Shown here one piece after another: positions 1-11,139 of a stretch of DNA of 64,000 bases (position 1 is the stretch's first letter; each line of letters starts with the position of its first letter). This DNA is from Octopus sinensis (lineage: Eukaryota). Under the pieces are notes generated by a model. It ran no database searches. It had not been told where the DNA came from and saw only the letters and a list, made by a program, of their open reading frames with translations. A program made the position numbers and the translations under genes. The stretch lies in assembly GCF_006345805.1 (NCBI RefSeq), contig NC_042998.1, positions 194,990,001-195,054,000 on the forward strand, written 5' to 3'.

Positions 1-26
1 TCTATTATGATAGAAACCATCTTTAA

Positions 27-247
27 CCCTTTTGTTACTGTATTTATTTTGAGATGTTCTGTGTTTCTTTCAATTATTTTAAATATAACAAAGAATTTAG
101 TAAAATAACTTAGTTGTCATTCAGCTAGTGTTAGGAACATAAATTGTGACTAAGGTTTGGTGGAAGATTTTTATTCAAAACTTATGAAAACAAGACCTTT
201 GTACTACAGAGCCAGAGCCGGTTTCAGCCGGGTTGGTATTGAAAGGG
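27..247. mobile_element. piggyBac-like MITE
   Basis: TTAA-CCCTTT...AAAGGG-TTAA; same family, inverted, at 37829-38039. Confidence 0.8.
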
Positions 248-829
248 TTAACAGTCAACTCTTCCAACAGCCTCTTCCTCTCACCTTCCTCCCTGATCAT
301 CAGATCTTCCTCTGACCATCAAATCTTGTTCTTTGTCCTTGATATAAACAAAGTGTTTTAATTGAGACTAGACCTTATTTATTGATCTCAGAAATATAAA
401 AGGTAAAATTGATCATGCTAAGATTTGAACTCTGGACATAAGTTCTGGATTATATTGTGGTTTAAGGCCAATCTTTTCTCTAGATCCTGACTGTAGATAT
501 TCTGTGTGTCCAGTCTAGTTTGTAACTTACAATTCAGTGTATAGTTTGCTATGGTTGTCTTCACTACAACTATTAACTAGTAAGGGATTCACATGGTTGG
601 TCAACCTCCTAGAAATAGCAGTGGTCAGCTCCTCCACAAATCTCACCTTTATGTCTTAAAAAAGAAAATGGGCAAACTTGAGGCTAAGCAACAACAGCAA
701 CAACATCATACAGGCATTGAGCCAATAAGAGAGCAGAGAAAGCAAACCTTAATTCTCACTTTACCATTTTTGAAAAGAGAGACACATTGAATCCTGAATG
801 CATAGGTAGGCTTTGATTAATTTTCTCTG

Positions 830-1000
830 TGCCGGTGGCATGTAAAAAGCAACCACTACACTCACGGAGTGGTTGGTGTTAGGAAGGGTATCCAGCTGTA
901 GAAACACTGCCAAATCAGACTGGAGCCTGGTGCAGCCTCATGGCTTCCCAGACCCTGGTTGAACCGTCCAACCTATGCTAGCATGGAAAACGGGCGTTAA

Positions 1001-1033
<33 letters not shown>
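830..1033 (+). mobile_element. RTE 3'UTR copy
   Basis: same UTR motif and (GAT)n tail; an antisense copy lies at about 1338-1520. Confidence 0.82.
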
Positions 1034-1035
<2 letters not shown>

Positions 1036-1254
1036 ACACAGGTGTGTGTTTGAATAGTTTGCTTTATAAGTATATGGTTGTGGGCTCAGTCACATTCTGT
1101 GGCACCTTGGGCAAGTGTCTTCTACTATGGTCCTGGGCTAACCAAAGCTTTGCAACTGAATTTGTTAGATGGAAACTGAAAGAAGCCTGTTGTACATATA
1201 CATGTATGTATATATATATATATAATATATATATATATACACACACACACACAT

Positions 1255-1328
<74 letters not shown>

Positions 1329-1719
1329 TTTATATACATCATCATCATCATTTAATGTCCATTTTCCATGCTGGCATGGGTTGGACAGTTTGACTGAAAA
1401 CTGGCAAGCTAGGGAGAGCTGCACCAGGTTCCAATCTGATTTGCCATGATTTCTACAGCTGGATGCCTTTCCTAACACCAACCACTTCCAGAGTGTAGCG
1501 GGTGCTTTTTATGTGCCAGATATGCAATATATATATATGTAATAATGAAGTCAAACCAAATAGAGATATTTTGAAATCATTTAATATGTACATTTTGGGT
1601 CTGCGTAAATTTTGGGAAACATTGATTACATTAGACCTTCCTCACTTAAAACATTAGTTGTTATATTTAATTTGAGATGAAATTCTGGTACTGTATATTG
1701 CTTCTGAGTGTAATACAAA

Positions 1720-2018
1720 ATATACACACACACACATTCGCGTGTGCACACACATTCGCGTGTGCACACACACACACACATACAATTTTTATACATACAT
1801 ACATACATATATACACAGACACATGTGCATATGCACACACACACATACACACACATGCATACACAATTTTTATACATACATACATATATATATATATACA
1901 CACACATATGTACACGTGCACACACACACATACACACACAATTTTTATACATACATACATATATACACAGACACATGTGCATATGCACACACACACATAC
2001 ATACACAATTTTTATACA

Positions 2019-2052
<34 letters not shown>

Positions 2053-2141
2053 CACAGGCACATGTGCACATGCACACACACACACATACACAATTTTTAT
2101 ACATACATACATATACACACACACACACATGTGCACTTGCA

Positions 2142-2175
<34 letters not shown>

Positions 2176-2190
2176 ACACATTCAGACATA
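1720..2190. repeat. compound (CA)/(CATA) minisatellite with about 65-bp higher-order unit
   Basis: recurrent CAATTTTTATACATAC anchor. Confidence 0.85.
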
Positions 2191-2301
2191 TATACGCACG
2201 GGGTGTTTGGGTGCTTGGGCTAAATTTGACTGTTTGCATTAAAGGAAACAAAAACTCAATGCCTCATCCAAAAATAAAAATATTTTAAAATATGGAAAAT
2301 A

Positions 2302-2766
<465 letters not shown>

Positions 2767-2774
2767 ATCCACTA

Positions 2775-3110
2775 GGTCATGGCTGGGATATAACTGTTTA
2801 CACAAAGTAGCTACCTCAGTGTCCACCATGGTCTCAAGCCAGCTCCAGAACCTGGCACATCTGTTTTTCACAGTGTCCCTCAGAAGATCTTTGAACACTT
2901 CCTTGATCTTGACCACCATCTCAGCCTTGGTGCTGCAGGCAGAGTGGTCAGTGTCTTTCTCAGGCACTCCCACATACAGAACCCTATCAGATAAAAAATG
3001 GGGGGGAATTGGGAGGACAGAAATTGGGGCTGGTGAAGTTGTAGAGATTCTCCAACAACCACTTCTGACTCTTTCTGGAGAAGCTGAACCCTGCTTCTAC
3101 ACATAGGGTC
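2775..3110 (-). mobile_element. Tc1/mariner-superfamily transposase C-terminal remnant
   Basis: frameshifted PPNSP motif then KIKEVFKDLLRDTVKNRCARFWSWLE. Confidence 0.65.
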
Positions 3111-3290
3111 TTCTTATAGCAACCCTCTATTGTATAATTCAATAGGGCCTATATCAAGGTCAGTAAACATTGTTGAACACTGGTTAACTCAACAAAAGGA
3201 AGGGATACAAGAAACACACACACAAATATTGAAGCAAGTTGATGCTCCAGAGTATATAACTCTTCTTTTAACCTCTTACTGCTTCAACAG

Positions 3291-3308
3291 GTGAGTATTA
3301 CATACTTG
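3291..3308 (+). CDS. candidate 18-nt microexon or recursive-splice exon
   Basis: Pyrimidine tract then CAACAG|GTGAGTATTACATACTTG|GTGAGT; frame-preserving in phase 1 with e1 (xEYYILG). Confidence 0.4.
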
Positions 3309-3341
3309 GTGAGTTTTGTATTAATTGTGATATGATGTAAG

Positions 3342-3375
<34 letters not shown>

Positions 3376-3467
3376 GTAGCTCCAAAAAGGCAACTACTGT
3401 GATTGAGTTGCTATAAAGGCATGAAAAAATTATCAGTAAATTGTTAATTGATAATTGATAATTACAG

Positions 3468-3542
3468 GATTTGCAAATGATCTACCACCTAGATTTATTA
3501 AAGACATGAATGGCTTAGAGTTGAGTGAAGATACAAAAACAG
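3468..3542 (+). CDS. cadherin exon e1 ([26 protein letters not shown])
   Basis: ttacag|GA ... ACAG|gtaagt; 75 nt, phase 1-1. Confidence 0.88.
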
Positions 3543-6212
3543 GTAAGTGTTTCACCTATTTTTTGTTTTCTACTGTTATCCTTTTAAAAAGATCTTTAAT
3601 TTTGATCTATGATCACTTAACATCCACTCTTCTATGCTGGTATGTGTTGGAGGAGACTTTTTGAGACACTGTTTTGTAGATGGTTACCTTTTCTGATGCC
3701 ATCCATGTTAGTCATCATATACAACATACAGGGACATGGTTTACCTATTCTAAAAACTGGATTAAATATGGCTAACAGATTAATGCTATTTTGAAAGCAA
3801 CAATTTAATTCAATGTAATATAAAATTTCAAATTTTCTATTATAATTGGTTTCCAATTTTATTGATTTAAGGAATTATAATTTGGACAAAACTTTATATT
3901 CAGACATTAGAGTTTTTGAATCAGCTTTCTCCTTTCTGGTTTTGAGAAGCCTAAGATTGGCATTTAATCAGTGTGTTACATATCCCAGTATGCCAATAAT
4001 TACTGGTTTAAACCTGAAATTGTAATCTGGATAGAGTAGCTTTAGATTCCTCAATAGTTCAGCCTAGGTATTTTCTTTTGCACTGATCTTTAGCTTTATG
4101 TTAACATCCGCTGGGCAGCCGATTTCCACAACTGTACTCAGTTTCTCTTCTCTATCCCAAATCATTATGTCAGGCCTATTGTGTTTACATTTTATTGAGG
4201 TTTTCACTGGGTCATTCCACGAGTACTCCTTTTTATTATGAGTGGCTATGGCTTCCACCATACTGTAGGTTCTTATTTCTTTATCCTCGGAGTTATCCTT
4301 CCGATGGATCTCGTTATACAGTGTCCTAACTACAACATCATGTCTCATCCGTAGATAATACCGTGATGACATTTTCAGACAACTGCTTATGATGTAGGAG
4401 ATATCTTCGGTGTTAACTCCACAAAGTCTGCATTGGTTGTCACATTTTGCTGCTTTTCCTGCATCTCTGTTCCTTCTGTGCATTAGGTATTTGGTTGATA
4501 TTTCCTGTTCCTGGATTGCAAACGCATACCCTTCAAAGTGCAAGATAGTAATACAGTTGTTGGTCCATGGTAGACTACTTTGATGATCAATGTTACTATC
4601 ATTCTGGAGCTTTCTACTAACATATCCATGCATGGTCTGCTGATATACACTCATCCTTTCATGCATGTAATTATGTATGTATGTAGTATGTATGTATGTA
4701 TGTATGTATGTATGTATGTATGCGTATATATGTATGCATGTATGTATTATATATGTATGTTTGTATATATGTATGTATGCATGTATATATATTTCTTTAC
4801 TACCCACAAGGGGCCAAACACAGAGAGGACAAACAAGGACAGACAAAGAGATTAAGTCGATTACATCGACCCCAGTGCGTAACTGGTACTTAATTTATCG
4901 ACTCCCGAAAGGATGAAAGGCAAAGTCGACCACGGCGGAATTTGAACTCAGAACGTAACGACAGACGAAATACCTACTTCTTTACTACCCACAAGGGGCC
5001 AAACACAGAGAGGACAAACAAGGACAGACAAAGAGATTAAGTCGATTACATCGACCCCAGTGCGTAACTGGTACTTAATTTATCGACTCCCGAAAGGATG
5101 AAAGGCAAAGTCGACCACGGCGGAATTTGAACTCAGAACGTAACGACAGACGAAATACCTACTTCTTTACTACCCACAAGGGGCCAAACACAGAGAGGAC
5201 AAACAAGGACAGACAAAGAGATTAAGTCGATTACATCGACCCCAGTGTGTAACTGGTACTTAATTTATCGACTCCCGAAAGGATGAAAGGCAAAGTCGAC
5301 CTCGACGGAATTTGAACTCAGAACGTAACGGCAGACGAAATACGGCTACGCATTTCGCCCCGCGTGCTAACGTTTCTGCCAGTATATATGTATGTGTGTG
5401 TGTGTGCTCACGCATGTGTGAATGTATGTATAAAAATGTGAGAGACAGAAAGCGGAAGTCTTGAAGCTCTTCATTCAGAACCACTGCAGTTGTTTCGACC
5501 TATTATGGTGCATCAGTACCTTTACTCTTTCTTTTACTCTTTTACTTGTTTCAGTCATTTGACTGCGGCCATGCTGGAACACTGCCTTTAGTCGAGCAAA
5601 TCGACCCCAGGACTTATTCTTTGTAAGCCCAGTACTTATTCTATCGGTCTTCTTTTGCCGAACCGCTAAGTGACGGGGATGTAAACACACCAGCATCGGT
5701 TGTCAAGCAATGCTAGGGGGACAAACACAGACACACAAACATATACACACACACACTTATATATATATACATATATACAACAGGCTTCTTTCAGTTTCCA
5801 TCTACCAAATCCACTCACAAGGCATTGGTTGGCAGTGGGACTGAACCCGGAACCATGTGGTTGGTTAGCAAGCTACTTACCACACAGCCACTCCTGCGCC
5901 TATAGTTGAGATAATATACAAAACAATTATAATGCATCATAGGTGCAGACACATCTCCTCAGGTGTGATTTTTTCAAAAAGTACCTCACTTTTTTACTTG
6001 CTGTTTTTCTGATTTCTATACGAATACATTTTGGCTAGTGTAGCATAGGCGCAGGAGTGGCTGTGTGGTAAGTAGCTTGCCTACCAACCACATGGTTCCG
6101 GGTTCAGTCCCACAGCGTGGCATCTTGGGCAAGTTTCTTCTTCTATAGCCTCGGGCCGACCAATGCCTTGTGAGTGGATTTGGTAGACGGAAACTGAAAG
6201 AAGCCTGTCGTA

Positions 6213-6298
<86 letters not shown>

Positions 6299-9200
6299 AA
6301 TATTAGGGAATAAATCCAAATTTACAGGAAAAAATCAGATTTAGGATTAATCGATTTTATAGTAAAATATTATAAAATATTATTCGAGACAAACCACTAT
6401 TTTGCAAAACAAACAAGAAAAGACTTAATCAATACTTCATAATTTGATACTGAATTATGGAAGTCCACCTGAAGATTGTCGATCAAGACAAGAAACGATT
6501 GTAGTGGCGGTTTTTTTGACTATTTATTAAAATTTATGTATTGATTAAGTCTTTCCTTGTTTGTTTTGCAAAATAGTGGTTTTGTCTCGAATATATTTTA
6601 TATATATATATAATATGTATGTGTGTGTATATGTTTGTGTGTCTGTGTTTGTCCCTCTAGCATTGCTTGACAACCGATGCTGGTGTGTTTACGTCCCCGT
6701 CACTTAGCGGTTCGGCAAAAGAGACCGATAAAATAAGTACTGGGCTTACAAAAAATAAGTCCCGGGGTTGATTTGCTCGACTAAAGGCGGTGCTCCAGCA
6801 TGGCCGCAGTCAAATGACTGAAACAAGTAAAAGAGTAAAAGAGTAAAAAGAGTATAGTAGCCATCTCTCCGAATAAAGAGTCTTGTGAATTCCATTTTTT
6901 TGTCTCCCTCATTTTTTATATAAACTCTACAGACACAGAGGAATCCCTTAAGTAAATCCAGTGGCATATACCTTCATTCTGTTGTTGACATCAGGTGCCT
7001 GAATACTGTAAATAGGCTTTAAGTAGCATACTACAAGGTGTGTACCTGAATATAAAATTATTACTATGTATGTGTGTGGATGTATCTATATTATTTATCA
7101 GTTTCTCTCTACTTCTCTCTCCTCCCCTCTCTCTCTCTCTATATATATACACACATCATAAGCGAAATGTGTAACCTCTTGAAAGAGCTGTTCTTAACTC
7201 CTGCTCCAGAGCGTCAGGTGTGGGGTCACTCTGAAAAGCTGTATCTGCGACGATTTCATCTCAATCGAAGGAGAGGGGCTTTCTCCGTCTGAGTTGCATA
7301 TCCGTGGAACAAGCTGCCAGACGAGATGGTGAAGATGCCGACGACTGCTCTGTTTAAAGTCTCCCTTGACCTCAAGTGGCCTGAACTCTTTACATGAACA
7401 CCACCCTGTACATAACTCCATGCCCCCCTACATGGCCTTGCTTTTTGCTTTTTGAGCCCAAAATTAACTAACTAACTAACTAACATATGACTTGGAGGTC
7501 TAAAACCTCTTATCTACAAGCCATTTTAAATATCTTTAAATTGTTTTTTTCCTCTTACTCCAAACATCTGATGATGTGATGTACTCTACACCTGTGAAAC
7601 TTTAAGTAATGAAAAGGTGTATCTTTCTTGAGGAGGTGTGAAGAATTTCAGGTTGGGAGAGATTACTTTTCTTGTGGGATATATAACCATGTATAGCTTT
7701 TTGCCTATGTTATTATATGTTGTGTGGAGGCGCAATGGCCCAGTGGTTAGGGCAGTGGATTCGCGGTCGTAGGATCGTGGTTTCAATTCCCAGACCGGGC
7801 GTTGTGAGTGTTTATTGAGCGAAAACACCTAAAGCTCCACGAGGCTCCGGCAGGGGGTGGTAGTGATCCTGGCTGTACTCTTTCACCACAACTTTCTCTC
7901 ACTCTTACTTCCTGTTTCTGTTGTACCTGTATTTCAAAGGGCCGGCCTTGTCACTCTCTGTGTCACGCTGAATATCCCCGAGAACTACGTTAAGGGTACA
8001 CGTGTCTGTGGAGTGCTCAGCCACTTACACGTTAATTTCACGAGCAGGCTGTTCCGTTGATTGGATCAACCGGAACCCTCATCGTAGTAACCGACAGAGT
8101 GCTTCCACTCCATTATATCTTGTACTCTTCCAAGTTCCTACATAACTAGGTGATCCTAAATAATCTTGGCTCACATGGAGCAGCTGTAAACTCAGAGTAC
8201 CTATTCAAGAATTCTTCACCGAGATGTCACCATTTTCCCTGTTGAGTATACATGTGATGTACAAATTTCCCTCTTTAATTCTTTATTACTCAGACAGTAT
8301 AGTCTAAACGATACAATGCAGTGTTGAACTGATCTTATGCCTCTACTTCCCTCCATCCCTCCATTCCTGTTAGTGTCATTGTTGAAGTGGAATTTACCAG
8401 TTTTCAGGACCATTTTGACAGAATTATAGAACTCTCAGGCAAAGTAATGCTTGGAGGCCTCTTGCATACACAACAACAAAATAAATAGATTAGCATTGAC
8501 CCACTTCCTCCCCCTGGCAACTGCCTACTGTGCTCAAGCTATGCATCTACTTCCATCCCTCCATTCCCGTTAGTGTCATTGATGAAGTGGAATTTACCAG
8601 GGGTCAGGACTATTTTGACAGAATTATAGTACTCTCAGGCAAAGTAATGCTTGGAGGCCTCTTGCATACACAAAAACAAAATAATTTCTCTCTTTACTAA
8701 AGAGCCCTACCAGTTGTAATTAGTATCTTCCTCATCCTGATGTCCAGATTGTGAGTGTCTTCAAGCATCCAGTTTAGTATCTCAAATGTTGACATAGGGC
8801 ACAGGAGTGGCTGTGTGGTAAGTAGCTTGTTTACCAACCACATGGTTCCGGGTTCAGTCCACTGCATGGCACCTTGGGCAAGTGTCTTCTACTATAGCCT
8901 CGGGCCGACAAAAGCCTTGTGAGTGGATTTGGTAGACGGAAACTGAAAGAAGCCAGTCGTATATATGTATATATATATGTATGTGTGTGTGTCTGTGTTT
9001 GTCCCCCGAGCATTGCTTGACAACCGATGCTGGTGTGTTTATGTCCCTGTTACTTAGTGGTTTGGTAAAAGAGACCGATAGAATAAGTACTGGGCTTACA
9101 ATGGAATAAGTACCGGTGTCGAGTTGCTCGATTAAAGGCGGTGCTCCAGCATGGCCGCAGTCAAATGACTGAAACAAGTAAAAGAGAAAAGAGAGAGAGA

Positions 9201-9651
9201 ATTAACATTGACAGACCAAAAGTATTATGGAATATGGTCTTATTGAACGTGGGCAACCTAGACTCCTATACGTCTTAAAGTCTACTGAAGTATTTCTTAG
9301 TCATTCTAGCTTTATTCACAGCACTAATATATCTCATTGGTTCTGAAATGTTTGTAGCATTTGTCATTGAATGTATGTATATACATATATATATATATAT
9401 ACATAGGTACATATATATATGTATGCATATATGCTTGTGTGTATGTATTTGTAGTTATGCGTATGTGATAGGTATTTATGTGTATATATGTATATCAGTA
9501 TGTGTATTAGTGTATGTGTATGTATGTATGTATGTATGTATGTATGTATGTGTGTGTGTGTATGTGTGTGTGTGTGTATGTATGTATGTGTGTGTGTGTA
9601 TGTATGTATGTCTAATATGTATGTATGTATATATGTATGTATGTTTGTATG

Positions 9652-9685
<34 letters not shown>

Positions 9686-11096
9686 TGTATGTATGTATGT
9701 ATGTATGTATGTGTGTATGTATGTGTGTATGTGTGTATGTATGTATGTATGTATGTATGTGTGTATGTATGTGTGTATGTGTGTATGTATGTATGTATGT
9801 ATGTATGTATGTATGTATGTGTGTATGTATGTATGTATGTGTGTATGTATGTATGTTTGGATGTATGTATGTATGTTTGTATGTATGTATGTATGTATGT
9901 ATGTATGTATGTATGTATGTATGTGTGTATGTATGTATGTGTGTATGTATGTATATATGTATGTATGTATGTGTGTATGTATGTATGTTTGTATGTATGT
10001 ATGTATGTATGTATGTTTGTATGTATGTATGTATATATGTATGTATGTATGTGTGTATGTGTGTATGTATGTATGTATGTGTGTATGTATGTATGTATGT
10101 ATGTTTGGATGTATGTATGTATGTTTGTATGTATGTATGTATGTATGTATGTATGTATGTGTGTATGTATGTATGTGTGTATGTATGTATATATGTATGT
10201 ATGTATGTGTGTATGTATGTATGTTTGTATGTATGTATGTATGTATGTATGTATGTATGTATGTATGTATATATGTATGTATGTGTGTATGTGTGTATGT
10301 ATGTATGTATGTGTGTGTATGTATGTATGTATGTTTGGATGTATGTATGTATGTATGTATGCATGTATGTATATATGTATGTATGTATGCATGTATGTAT
10401 GTATGTATGTTTGGATGTTTGGATGTATGTATGTATGTATGTATGCATGTATGTATGTATGTATGTATGTTTGGATGTGTTTGTCTATTTAGGTGTGTCA
10501 GATATTTGCGTATGCTTTTACATGTGTATGTGCATGAATATAAGTGTGTGGGTGTGTTTGTATGTTGGCATGTTTGTTTGGAAGGACATGTTTGAGTGTG
10601 TTTGTGGGCTGGTGCAAAAAGGAAAGAGGAAGAGAAGTAGAGAGAGAGAGAGAGAGAGAGAGAATTCAGGAGGGAACCATAGTAATTGCTCGCCCTTCCT
10701 CCACCTTCCACCTTCCACCTCAACCTGTTATTCTAGGTAGATATTTGTTACAAGGTGTCACAGTAAGACTCATTATACAATGGTGTGATGTAAGAAATAT
10801 TGTGTATTGTGTGAAAAGTCAACTAGGTTTGTCTAGGAATACCTTTCTATTGACCTCACCATTCCAGTTGAATTACTTGAAATACATTAGAACACACCCT
10901 ACCATTACACTGTACTTGCATGGAATGCATCATTTCCATTATTAACATTCACAAGCTTCATTTAAGTGTTAACTATAAAGGAAAGTAGTGGATAGTGATT
11001 CATAATGGTATAAGGAAGGTTGATCTGAGAGATAGTAAGAGAAGGAGAAAGAGGGAGAGAGAGAAGGAGAGAGAAGGGGAGAGAAAGAGAGTTAGG

Positions 11097-11139
<43 letters not shown>

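Noticed and set aside
3242-3290. ATG-initiated MLQSI*LFF*PLTASTG would read as a signal-like MLQSIWLFFWPLTASTG if both TAA were A-to-I edited to TGG
   Set aside because: Needs four coordinated edits, has a poor Kozak context, and no complementary sequence was seen. The stretch is better explained as a 3' splice-site tract. Easy to test in RNA-seq, but not supported by the sequence alone.
9348-10740. Long ORFs (up to 415 aa) of MYVC/HTYI repeats; also 1626-2288, 62201-62862 and similar
   Set aside because: Microsatellites lacking stop codons; no coding complexity.
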